Shown: positions 1 to 11,013 of the stretch, piece after piece
How positions within the stretch are numbered: position 1 is the stretch's first letter
Layout of the letters: each line of letters starts with the position of its first letter
NCBI GenBank assembly: GCA_977862235.1
Contig: OZ374558.1
Span: 248,001-312,000, forward strand
Reading direction: 5' to 3'
Source: Dudresnaya verticillata
Taxonomy: Eukaryota
Length of the DNA stretch: 64,000 nt
The notes under the pieces: generated by a model
What the model was told of the DNA's origin: nothing
Database searches by the model: none
What the model saw: only the letters and a program-made list of their open reading frames with translations
Translations under genes and position numbers: made by a program

Positions 1-40
1 TGAAATCATCGAATGGACTTCAACAGATCTAAAGGAGTTC

Positions 41-412
41 ATGGAGCTTCTTGCCTCCTGTGGGAATCTTCGAGTCATCCACATGAAGCCACCGCAAAAT
101 ATTGCAAGCTATCAATCGGGTTACTCATATGAGCGGAACGATCGGTTCATTAGGAGATTGCCAAAGTTTCTGGAGCTCGTTGGAGAAACCATGCCTTGTT
201 TGCAGTACATTTTCCTTGAGAAGTCTGACAAAAAAGTGTTCCAACATTGTCCTGCCGGAGAAAGGGTGGTGAGGAAGCTTGAGCAAGCGGTCAAGGCCGC
301 GGAACATTTCGAAGAAATGCACCCCACTATTGATGCTGGGACCATCAAGGCTCAGCTGGAGACATGGCTTTCTATAGAACGCAATTCTGCCCAAGCTTCG
401 ACAAAACAGTGA
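41..412 (+). CDS. 3' end of an unidentified ORF (probably starts before the window)
   Basis: 123-aa ORF, frame open toward the window edge; no recognisable motif. Confidence 0.3.
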   Translation: MELLASCGNLRVIHMKPPQNIASYQSGYSYERNDRFIRRLPKFLELVGETMPCLQYIFLEKSDKKVFQHCPAGERVVRKLEQAVKAAEHFEEMHPTIDAGTIKAQLETWLSIERNSAQASTKQ

Positions 413-2105
413 GGTTGATATTGAAGCTTAAATGAAGTGGGAAAGCATCGCTTTTAAGTAAGAGAAAATAGTTACTATAAGATAGTTCTGTTCGAAAGAA
501 GCCTTGTCGTTACTAGTTTACAATGTTCCCAAGCTAGTGCATATTTCCGAGCTCACCGTTATTAGAACGAATGCAGACTAATGCAATAGTCGAACGTGGA
601 GTACGTGACTGCTGAGGAGGTTCTAGGATAACGAATGAAGGTATCCAGACTATCCATTTGCGAAGGAATTGGCATCATGAAAGGAAACAAAGTCGCTGTT
701 ACAGTCGCTTGCACAGTCGTACCTTCACGAACAAGTTCCACGCGAGTATCGCATGTGCTGCTCATTCCCAAAGTCTTGAAGATAATCGTGAAGCCAGTAG
801 CTGGCGGGGAATTTGGCCATCGGATTATTGTACAACAGGGATCAAGATGGGAAAAGAAAACATCGGTATAGATCAGGTTACTACAATGTACACCTCTAGT
901 TTCCCGCATTCTCCAGCTCACAGCTCTTGCTGTGAATTGTCCGATGTCCTGTCAGTCCTGACCTTCCAGTAGCCATCAACGGGTAAACCGGTAAGGTTTC
1001 CGGTTGTTCGTCTTGTTTTCATAAAGCTGTGATGGTGATGTGTAGACGAGGCCGCAAGCAACCAAATTGCAAATGATTGCTCCCAAAAATGTAATACGCA
1101 ATATGTTGCACTAATGCTCTAATCTTCGGCAATTCATATTGCAATATAGCCGCCATCGCACCCCAATAACATCTGCAATACGTGCTTACCTCGTGCAGTA
1201 AATGTGCAATATGCCCTACCTCGTGCAGCAAGTTAGCAATAGACTTAGATCGTGAGAAGAAGGCATGGATATCCATCTTAATGCTTGTGTAATGCGATGT
1301 TGTTTTATGAGCCTGCAGAACGATATAAGCAGACCTGATAACATGTTAGTGATAGCAGTGGCTTGGTAACATGCAATTTACAGCATGGGGGCTAGAAAAA
1401 GCCGTATTCTCGGGATCCAACACTACAGATGCCGCTCCCCCACAAACCCACACATATGTATATCGTATACTGAATTTAGTAATAGGGCTTCCAATAATAC
1501 TACTCAACACAATAGGTATTGAAATATACAATGTCACTGCAATAAGTATTGCAATTTTCTATCTAAAACAACGCAATATGTTACTGCTACTGTACATTGC
1601 AATGTATTGCTATTGTAATTAATTGCAAGAGAGCCCTGGGTGTAGATCAATAATGATTTCTGCCGATTGTCGTCATGCTTCTTGCAAAGGCTCCTGGACT
1701 CGACGCATTAATATAAACATAGTGGATATTAAGTATATTATTATCCTATCCGAAAAAGAGACGACTCCAAGGCCCGAAGAATGTAAACCGAGCAATGACG
1801 CCTATGTAACTGCAGTTTAAAAGAATCGATGCGTGGAAACAAAGACGGAGTGTACTCGTTGTGTACAGAATTAGTTTGAAAGTATGCTTTTTGTTGTGCC
1901 CGATAGGATTCTGAATATGTTTGAATTGATAGTCCGGGTTGTGTAGCGTGACTGAACTGAGACGTATTTGCAGGTATACAATTATTTCAGTATCAAGTAC
2001 GTTGCAGACACACTATTTTTAATAGAGTGCCTGGAAATAGTCTCACCTTTAACGGATTAAAGGAAACCCCCAAGATGTGACACCAAAAGCTGCGTTTAGA
2101 GTTCT

Positions 2106-2580
2106 TGTACTATGGGGGAAAGGACGGAAGTCGGAGTCGGTCGGAGTGGTAGAGAAGTCTTCAACTACTCTTGGGCATGGACGACGACGGTTCGAATCTT
2201 GCTTAGCTGATAGAAGTGAATATCGCTAAAAAAGGAATATTTTCTGCCCATAGTCCTGTTGAAACACTAGAGATACTTGCTGGGCGGCTAGCGGATATAA
2301 CGGCGGTAGAACAGTAGAACTATTAGAACTTTTTGTTGATCGGTCCCCCCGGGTTGATGTTGTTCAGACACTGAGCAACGATCCCCTTTTTATACCTATC
2401 GATAGTAGCTCTAGATTCTTCCAAAGCTTCTAGAAACATCTAGAATGCTCAACATCTAGAAACTGCTAAACTACATAAAACTTACAAATATAGACTAGAA
2501 AGATCTAGACAGGAATAGTGTAGAACGTTCTAGTACATCCAGAAGCATCTTCGTTACACCTGTCTAGAAACGGTTCGAAG
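2106..2580. repeat. LTR-like remnant rich in TCTAGA motifs
   Basis: Dense TCTAGA/CTAGAA motifs at 2410-2570, similar in style to the Copia LTR at 50383-50700; no TSD found. Confidence 0.3.
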
Positions 2581-3038
2581 GTAAAGTATAGGGACAGAAG
2601 CAAAGGACGTCACTTTCCAATAGGACGCCATGAGTTCATAGATGAAGGGATGGAACCTTCGCCATCGGCCTGCATATCTATGTAATACCGGTTTTTCTGC
2701 GTTGTACTGCTTCTCGCGAGTTGGCTCGCGGACCTGTCTGTTTTTCAGTTCAGATGCCTTTTTCTACTAGAGCTCCCAGCTTCCGCTCTATTTATGCCCT
2801 CAACTCGCTGGTGCTCCTCCAATCTACGTTGCTTCAAATGCAACCCTTCCTCTAAATGCAATTAGTAAATGCTAGCTCGACGGTAAAGCGTCGTATATGT
2901 CAGTTGTCGTTCTTCATGTCATGAGTCAATTCATTTCCAGCTCGATTTCCTTGTCCAACATCAGTAGCAGTGTCGCGTAGCCAACATCAATTCACGATTC
3001 ATCCTATTTTCTAACACCTACTACGCTGTGGGATTAAC

Positions 3039-3410
3039 TGCTCTCCACGTCCTTCGGGCAATTAGTCGCTACTCGACCGAATTCCGTGGCAGCGGCTCAG
3101 AAATAAACCATTGTCAACTATATATATATTAGAAAAGGAAGAAACCAAAAGTCCGGTTCCACGCCTATTAAACCAGGCCTTGAAGCTCATGTGAAATCCG
3201 CATACAAAAGGGACCAGTCGAGCCATTCTCTGCGATTCTCGCTGTGATTTTCCACTTTTGCAACAAGTCGCTTTACAACCAGCGTGGAAAACAACGACGG
3301 TGCGATCCAAACCAGCTCGTGTAGGGAGGTATTAACCTGTTTACACGCTTGAAAATGCGTGTCCAGTGCACGTGTTATTAACTTTACTGGCTACCATTTA
3401 GTGTGCTTCA
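3039..3410 (+). repeat. Direct repeat copy A (~370 bp)
   Basis: Near-identical to 7321-7704 (starts TGCTCTCCACGTCCTTCGGG, ends TTTAGTGTGCnTCA). Confidence 0.9.
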
Positions 3411-3623
3411 GCATTGCAAATGTAGCCCTCAACATGTGTCAGTCATGAGCCGCCACCCGACTGGACCACCGTCTTCAAATTCGCAAAGTGAGCTAGGCAC
3501 GAAATAACCTTGCTACCGCGTGCGCGTGCACTTAATAATATAAACATAGTCCAGAGCTGGTGAAGCGGACTCACTCTAAACCTGTTAATACAAAAGTAGA
3601 GCGCGTACATTTTTTAAATGACA

Positions 3624-3667
3624 AGAGAGAGAGAGGTAGAGAGAGAGAGAGAGAGATAGAGATAGAG
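3624..3667. repeat. (GA)n microsatellite at the 3' end of the CRE-like fragment
   Basis: agagagagagaggtagagagagagagagagatagagatagag. Confidence 0.9.
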
Positions 3668-3682
3668 GCCCCTTAAGGGGGC

Positions 3683-4595
3683 TTAGGAAGCAGAACTAAT
3701 GTAAATTGGCGGGGGAGATAGCTTGCGGCGATTAATGCTAACCACGACACATTGCTTTGAAGGACAAAGGAATCTGCGAGGGCGAGGAGTAAACTTGATA
3801 CGTTCAGTGGCCGGAGAAGAGCCTTGTTTCGCTGCGATAAATTGTGCGACACAGAGCGCACCAAGCTCGAACCCAGTGCTAATGCGGCCATAAATGTGTA
3901 AAATCTGTAGATACATACGGAGGCAGTATCTTAAGTAGGGAGCATCACAGCACTACACCAAGCAAAGCCAAAAAGGAAGTGACAATATCTTAGCGGTTTC
4001 TTTTTGCTTGGTCCACCGTGAAGGTCGTGGGATTGAGTCCCGCTGGTGCGCGATGGTACGAAGCTGGAGAGTAGTCTACAAATCATGGGATGGAGTTCCA
4101 TGCCGAATGTGGAGCAGGTGCGGCGATAGTTGGATCGCTTGGTTCTCTCAAACAAGCGAAGAGCATGACCAGACACGCACCTCGACGAGGCACATACAGA
4201 GTGAGAGCTTGTTTCTGAGATATCGCAACCTTGAGGGGTAGACACGAAACTACGCTCATCCACTTACACGTCAATGCGGAGGTCATCACGATCATGATCA
4301 AGTTGGCAGGTGGCTAGGCGTGTAACATGACGGTCATCAAAAATGTGTCCAGACGATGTACGGGAACGATTGAGTACTGCGGAACCAGCCCGGTGTTCAT
4401 CGTACAAGTCAAAGCGATGTTCCACTTCCACTTTCACACTAATTCCATGTCGCCTAGCAACACCCTGCAACAAAGAAGCAAGACCGTCACGAAGGTGATC
4501 ATAGCGTCGAACTCTGCCTTCTCTCTCACATTCTCTTGCCTGAGACACAGTCGCATGGTGCCCATAGACGTCCATATAAAGTTCCGCATCTCTCT
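3683..4595 (-). mobile_element. 5'-truncated CRE-like non-LTR retrotransposon (CCHC/RLE region)
   Basis: MDVYGHHATV..RRYDHLRDGLA, DLRIDV*VDERSF, ELHPMI|LHIYGRISTGFELGA..VVSINRRKL align colinearly with the C-terminus of the LINE at 24586-27474. Confidence 0.85.
3906..4080. mobile_element. 175-bp solo-LTR/MITE-like insertion
   Basis: Ends TGTAGA...TCTACA, AATC TSD (3902-3905/4081-4084); removal restores in-frame PMILHIYG in the CRE fragment. Confidence 0.85.
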
Positions 4596-5143
4596 TATTC
4601 ATCTCTCTTATTATTTTACAAAAGAATATTGGCGCGAGTTGTGTGAAAAATTGTCGCGACTGCGCAAAATTTATCAAAAAAGATGTGCTAAATACGCGGA
4701 ATATCGTCGAGAGTTGTTGTCGTTAGGCGGAAGCCCATTTTGTAGAGCCCGACAAACCACCAGACCTTCGCGTTCTTAACACCGCAACCCACCAAGAATC
4801 CTCTCCTGGACCACCCACCACAACGAGAAGCCCAAAAGCACTCAAAGTTCTCCTGCAGACTGTGCTCAAGCCGCTCTAGTTATCCGACCTCTGCGCAACA
4901 TCGCCCATCGCCAAGTACAGCCTTCTCGGTTTCGGGGAGTTCAAGTCAGATCTGAGCCCTAGATCCGCCCGCCCAAACCGAAAACTATCACTTGTACACC
5001 GTTCCACTTCCCATATTCTGCTCATCTCAACCATCGAGCCCTGGTCTCTTCTCTTCTCGACATAACTCCCTTTCTTCATCTTTCTCCTACGGACGTTCTC
5101 AAGAGCTTAATATCTCTCCTTCTCAAGAACCAGAACATCCGGT

Positions 5144-6625
5144 ATGGGATCGAGAGATTCGAGACGCCCACCGCGCTATCCGATGTCTGCCGATTCGCGT
5201 GTGAGCCAATTTACGAAAACTGTTGCGGACCATCTCAATGGGGAGGCACCACACCCTCCCCTCAGCCAAATTCCCATATCTGAGGGTCTTCGCAATACTC
5301 TTGCAGAAAAAGGGCTTCAAGACTTGAGTTCCGTGTCAGTTACGCCTGATGCAGGCGGTACCAGCAGACTCGCAAATGAATCCAAAAGACCTATGAGGCA
5401 GTCGAAGAACCGTCATTCTGCTGCTTCAGGTTTTGGACGAAAACGGGTCTCAGAAAGGGTCTGTGAGCAAGGTACGAACTCTTCAAGAAGCACGCCACCC
5501 ATCTCCGAAGTTCAAGGCAATCGTTCTTCCGTAGGGCAGAAGCGGATTCGGGTTGGTATCCCCTTGCGCTCAAAGCCCATCAGTTCCGACCGTATTGTGT
5601 CTGCACATCCTCGGACAAGCTCGGGTCCTCGGTCTTGTAGGGAACCTAACTCAGGTATGAGCGGGGGTCTTGGGCACGAAAACAACGCCCACAACAAACA
5701 AGCGTCTGATGCTGCACAACAGAAAGCAAATTCCAGGCACCAGTTGCACGGGTTTACCAGTGAGCGGAAAGACGCAGACTCGAGAGCAGATGATCAGCTC
5801 TCACGCCTGAAACGTCGTCGCACGGGCGAGAAAGGGAACGCTTCATACATGGATGGACGCGACAGCACAAGCCCTCCCTTCATGAGAGCCTCTCAAAGGG
5901 CCTTGAAGCCCATCAAAAGTCAAGTGGTCGATGGCACATCTTCCGATGGGAACGGGAAAGACACAGAAGATCACAGGCATGATGATGCACCAACACTTGT
6001 GACGTTCCAGGGAAAAGTGGGGCAGGCGGGACAACTGCTGCGAGTATCCAAATCCTGCGAACAAAAGATTCGCAGTTTACGAGAAACGGGAGATCGTTGC
6101 GATCACAACTTGTACAAGAGAACTGTGAAGAAAGCTGTGAGAGTGGCATTTCAGCGAGCTCTGGTATTAGAGACGGCGTGCAGGATGAGGAAAACAGAAC
6201 GAGCCGACATCCAGCCAGACCAAGTCGCCAGAATGACTCGCGAGGCCGACAGGCAATACAAGAATATTGGTACGGTTCTTGTTCCGGAGCATCTGAAGGC
6301 GCTAAAGGATATGGGGATCAAGAGCGATAACACCACTGAATTCCTCGACTTGGTGAAGTGGAAGGCCTTTCACCGCTTGACAATGATGCGGCAGGGGCTG
6401 TCTGTCTCCTCGAGAGAAGCCGCTGACAAAGCCGTCCGAGATTCCAAAATCTCTCTCCGTAGTGCCGGGTCAGGCTCTACAGTCCAGATCAAACGGACAG
6501 ATCTTCAGAAGCTGATCGAGACAGCTGGGGAGTTTGGTAACCTTCTGGCGGTAGTGGACAAGATCAGTGAACATCCGTATGGTGAGCCTGCGGAGGCTGG
6601 GAAAGAGAGTTTGCTACCCGAATAG
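5144..6625 (+). CDS. Uncharacterised 493-aa protein (Ser/Arg-rich N-half, helical-looking C-half)
   Basis: Uninterrupted ATG-started ORF between the direct repeats; no motif recognised. Confidence 0.55.
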   Translation: MGSRDSRRPPRYPMSADSRVSQFTKTVADHLNGEAPHPPLSQIPISEGLRNTLAEKGLQDLSSVSVTPDAGGTSRLANESKRPMRQSKNRHSAASGFGRKRVSERVCEQGTNSSRSTPPISEVQGNRSSVGQKRIRVGIPLRSKPISSDRIVSAHPRTSSGPRSCREPNSGMSGGLGHENNAHNKQASDAAQQKANSRHQLHGFTSERKDADSRADDQLSRLKRRRTGEKGNASYMDGRDSTSPPFMRASQRALKPIKSQVVDGTSSDGNGKDTEDHRHDDAPTLVTFQGKVGQAGQLLRVSKSCEQKIRSLRETGDRCDHNLYKRTVKKAVRVAFQRALVLETACRMRKTERADIQPDQVARMTREADRQYKNIGTVLVPEHLKALKDMGIKSDNTTEFLDLVKWKAFHRLTMMRQGLSVSSREAADKAVRDSKISLRSAGSGSTVQIKRTDLQKLIETAGEFGNLLAVVDKISEHPYGEPAEAGKESLLPE

Positions 6626-7320
6626 GTGCTTTGCAGAACAATTCTGATGAGCCCTCTGTTCGCATGAAGAGGAACCGTGCCGCGTATCTAGAAGCATTCT
6701 TTCGGTAGGAACTTGGATTAGAATCGCAGCGTCATTGGCAAGTTCAAGGAGAAGCAATGACTGACTTTCTGACAATAGCATCTGTTGTTCCAGGACTATT
6801 CCTGATGACATATGGTTTAAATAAACAACTAGGTCCATCTCACGAGTTTCGAAGGGAGTACTATTTTTGGTTACGCTGCTGGATAGAAAAGAAGCTGTCG
6901 CAGATATGGTTCGGAAGCTGCTTAAAAACAGATCATAGTAGAAACGGTGACTGTATATCGACTTGAATCCCGACCGTAAACACTGTTTTCATATCTTCTT
7001 CCCTTGTCTCACAAGAAAGCTAGCATACAGACTGTACTGAATAGAGCTGTTATTTGAAGACCTCTAATAACTCTCAACACACAATGGAATAAGAAGACCT
7101 TGAGTGAGAAGTTGTAAAGTGATGCAATTCGGGTACTTGATGTCATTGTCACAGAGTGCGCTCCACAACGATTACAACTGCAATCTTATTGAAGCGTGCC
7201 ACGAGAGCTACAGCCACACAAGTAAAGTGTGCCAGCTCGTAGTCACCGTACAGTTACAGCGCGTCCACATTCTCCTTCATGTTGGTATCTTGTTGCAGCG
7301 AGCAGCCTAGATATTTCTAG

Positions 7321-7704
7321 TGCTCTCCACGTCCTTCGGGCCATTAGTCGCTACTCGACCGAATTCCGTGGCACCGGCTCAGAAATAAACCATTGTCAAC
7401 TATATATAATAGAAAAGGTTTCGAGCCGAGGGAAGAAACCAAAAGTCCGGTTCCACGCCTATTAAACCAGGCCTTGAAGCTCATGTGAAATCCGTATACA
7501 AAAGGGATCAGTCGAGCCATTCTCTGCGATTCTCGCTGTGATTTTCCACTTTTGCAACAAGTCGCTTTACAACCAGCGTGGAAAACAACGACGGCGCGAT
7601 CCAAACCAGCTCATGTAGGGAGGTATTAACCTGTTTACACGCTTGAAAATGCGTGTCCAGTGCACGTGTTATTAACTTTACTGGCTACCATTTAGTGTGC
7701 GTCA
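7321..7704 (+). repeat. Direct repeat copy B
   Basis: Near-identical to 3039-3410, with a ~12-bp extra segment near 7419-7431. Confidence 0.9.
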
Positions 7705-8388
7705 TATTGCGTGCTAGTCTTCATATCCTTTGCAGCTTCACCCTTGAAGGCGACTCCTTCGTGCAACAGATCTGTTAATGCGTTTTTAGAAACATTGACG
7801 CCAGCATCTCCAGAAGCCATCTTCCATCAGCGTGGCATGCCAAGGAAACTATGCGTGCCTTACGGAGTCTTCCGGAGATGGAACAGACCCTAACACCCAC
7901 GCCACATCCTGTCATCCAGGCGAGGATCCTTGCCGCATGGAAGTCGGCCGTCGCAGGCCGGCGGTCTGCGCCGGTCCAAAATACATCGTCCCTACCCCCC
8001 GCGCTCAGGCTTTCTAACCACCGCGACCGTAAGCTTGCGGTTCGGTGGCATCTTGGCACCTTCCCAATTCCACCCTCCTGCGCAGTCACACGTTCTGAAC
8101 TTCGTGAACAAGCCGCAGTCCTTCAAAAATTGCCACACCTCGCGAACAGCCCCTCAGACCTTACCGCTATCTCAACCGCCATTGACAAAATCCGCCGACT
8201 ATGCGCACAAGATCATCCACCCCCCGTCCCCCACCACCATACTGTGCCCTCGTGAAAGATAGCCCATAGTCCCAAAGCACACAACAAGACATATATACAT
8301 AAGTCCACGAGCCCCCTTTTTTTGCGGACCCTCAAGTGCGCCTGCACATGGGCCTAAGCTGCCCGCGTAGGACCACTATAAACAACAA

Positions 8389-8517
8389 TTAAAGAACAAC
8401 ATCACCTCGAACACCTTCCAAACCTCGCTCGAATGGTACAGCATCCATCATAAGAATGTCACTGTAGAGACACTTGTTCATCCGAATCACGTGCAGTACG
8501 TCCGCATTGTTTACCTT
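8389..8517 (-). pseudogene. 3' part of the gene disrupted by the Gypsy insertion
   Basis: Removing the element and one CCTT joins ...KKPRK (14652+) in frame to VNNADVLHVIRMNKCLYSDILMMDAVPFERGLEGVRGDVVL*. Confidence 0.6.
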
Positions 8518-9127
8518 TGTTACACATAGCGCTCGCACTGTTTGGGAGTACTCCCTAGAATGGGATCCCAACGCGCACATGCGACGCTGCAGGTGCATTC
8601 CCTAGAATGGGAGCCTGCTGGGGAACGCACTGCTGAACAATGGCAAACCCCACGGCCGATCATGGCTATCGCGCACAGACCTGGTGAACCTGCACAAGGC
8701 AGAACTGCCGGTCTGACAATGCGAATTTGCGTCCCTTCGGACAAGCCTCTACATCTTATTGGCTAACGCTCAGGGTCCCCTGACAACAGGGTTCAGACCT
8801 GAACGACTTCCCGTCCGTCCCCGACCCACTGTGGGACGGCGGGTGTGAACACATCCACCTGTTCAGGTCTATCTGACTTGGAGCGGATCCCGAGAGCATG
8901 CGGGCCACAAATACTGTGGGTCGCTTTGAGCCGTCCGGCTGTAGAAATAATAAAGGCAGCACTCTGGCGTCGAACGACGACGACGAGGGACATGACACCA
9001 CTCCTCATCCACGCCGTGACTTTGCCCTCCACTTTGCCAACCCCAACTTTCTCTCTACCAACCTTTTACTTTTCCTTTTCGAGTTCGCGATCTACTGCTT
9101 CGAAGGCAAAAGCTGTTAAGCGTCACA
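8518..9127 (+). repeat. 5' LTR (610 bp)
   Basis: TGTTACACATAG...GCGTCACA; ORF-track translations identical to the 3' copy. Confidence 0.97.
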
Positions 9128-9177
9128 GTAATTACTTTTCCCGGGAGTAGTTTCGTTATTGTTGACGAAGCGAGATC

Positions 9178-11013
9178 GTGTTCACGATGACCAACACTAG
9201 GGGTGCTACGAATGGATCCAATGCCCAAGATTCAAGCACAAACCGTGTCCGTCAGACGATCGTCGAAACGGTGGAAGCGCCGAGGCTGACAGGACTGTCA
9301 ACGGCTGACTTCGTCTTGTTCAAGCACGATCGCGAGATCTATGAACGACGAGTCGCTGAGAAGAATTCGGATCCGAATGTTAAGATCCAGCTTACGAACT
9401 ACAAGGACTCTATTCTACCTGCTGTGCTGGAGATCTTCGCACTAGGTGACTGGGTTCCGGTGGACACCGTTGACGACATCACGGAGAAGCATCTTGAGGA
9501 CTGTGTGGCCAAGCAGGCTGTAGTTAATCCTGATGATTATGATCTTGGAAAGCTCGATGATTCCCTCAATGACTTGAAGCTCGGACGAGCGGATAGTGAA
9601 CACAACCTAGAAGCCCAAGTTTGGAAGCTGATCTTGGAATACACCAAGATCTTACAGAACTGTGGTTACGATAAGTTTGCCGAACAGCACCCGAAGCTTG
9701 CCGTGGAGCACATACTTAAGCGTATCACTCACCCGTTCCTGAAGAACCGCATGATCATGACTGCGCGTCTGAAGAAGGACGAGGACTTTCAGAAGAACTT
9801 CAAAGTTTTCGTACGAGAACTCGCGAAGGAGGCGCGGGGGATCGACCGCATGAACGCCGCCAAGAAATACAAAGCGCCCGCTACCGCTTTCGACAACTTT
9901 GCTACTCGTGTCGCGGATGATCCGCCGCCGACGGCGCCATACCGATCGGGCAGTTCCGGTTCCGGACGTAAGAATAAGAACCGTCGTAATCAAGGTGGTG
10001 CATCTGGCAGTACTGCAGGAGATGGAAACCGCAATCAAGGCAAACCGTTCGGTGGTAACGATGGCAGAGGTAAACGCTTTCGCGAACCTCCCCATTGTCT
10101 CAACCCAAAGTGCGACAAGCGCCATTGGATTGATGACTGTGAAATAACTGCGGACGCAGAGAAGAAAAATCTCAAGGATGAGTGCCGTGCGCGTTCGCAA
10201 GCGCGCAAGCGATCGAAGCAGGACTCAGAGAAGCGAGGAAACATCGGATCTGTAGAACTACCTACCGAAGGAGAACACACATCAATGTTCTCAGCCTCAT
10301 TCTGTTCAGGTGCTGTAGAGGTGTCCGCCTTAACCGATCAAGGTTCGGATGCTAATCTAATTTCACCATCAGTACTGAAAGAGATCTTACTGGCTGACCC
10401 AGATGTTCAAGTTGTGACTCTACCAAAGAAGCTGGAGTTCTCCAATGCTCATTCTTCTGCAGTGAAGATCACGTGCAGCAGGCAAGTATCCGCTGACGTA
10501 ATGCTACGCGTACGCCATGGTACGAACCTCATGTTGCGAGGAATGAAGTGGCTGGTCGCAGACGCTGAAGTACAGCACGTTTATGTCGGACGACATGTTC
10601 TCGCGTCTATAGGGTTGAACAACCGTGTCATGCTCGAGTTCGCGGCTGATAGATTCGGAGGAGTCGTCGACGTCCCAGAAGTTCTTCATAAGGATGGGAG
10701 TGGCGACACTCCTTGCGCCGACGCCGGTGCGTCTATCCATGGAATCCTTCGCGAACGCGGTTTGGACTTCGGAAGCACCTTCCACAGCGAAGGAGGTGCT
10801 GAGGACGATCAACTCGAAGACAGTAACGTCTACGCCGATCTTGGCGAGGACTCGGCGGATGATTTGAAACAGGCGATCGCCGCAATGGTCGAAGACGCTC
10901 GCAACAATGGACTGAGCGATGCCGGAGCCGAACGGCTGATCTCTATCCTGGACAGGTACCCGGTTTTCGGATTCGGCTGGGCAAATCCCAACCAGCCGAC
11001 GTTCCGCCAATGA
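9178..11013 (+). CDS. gag: Gag + aspartic protease
   Basis: Zn knuckle CLNPKCDKRHWIDDC; protease-like ALTDQGSDANLI and VYVGRHVL. Confidence 0.85.
   Translation: MFTMTNTRGATNGSNAQDSSTNRVRQTIVETVEAPRLTGLSTADFVLFKHDREIYERRVAEKNSDPNVKIQLTNYKDSILPAVLEIFALGDWVPVDTVDDITEKHLEDCVAKQAVVNPDDYDLGKLDDSLNDLKLGRADSEHNLEAQVWKLILEYTKILQNCGYDKFAEQHPKLAVEHILKRITHPFLKNRMIMTARLKKDEDFQKNFKVFVRELAKEARGIDRMNAAKKYKAPATAFDNFATRVADDPPPTAPYRSGSSGSGRKNKNRRNQGGASGSTAGDGNRNQGKPFGGNDGRGKRFREPPHCLNPKCDKRHWIDDCEITADAEKKNLKDECRARSQARKRSKQDSEKRGNIGSVELPTEGEHTSMFSASFCSGAVEVSALTDQGSDANLISPSVLKEILLADPDVQVVTLPKKLEFSNAHSSAVKITCSRQVSADVMLRVRHGTNLMLRGMKWLVADAEVQHVYVGRHVLASIGLNNRVMLEFAADRFGGVVDVPEVLHKDGSGDTPCADAGASIHGILRERGLDFGSTFHSEGGAEDDQLEDSNVYADLGEDSADDLKQAIAAMVEDARNNGLSDAGAERLISILDRYPVFGFGWANPNQPTFRQ

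Noticed and set aside
7705..8388. Possible LINE 3' remnant (134-aa ORF)
   Set aside because: No RT/endonuclease motif or TSD to support the call.
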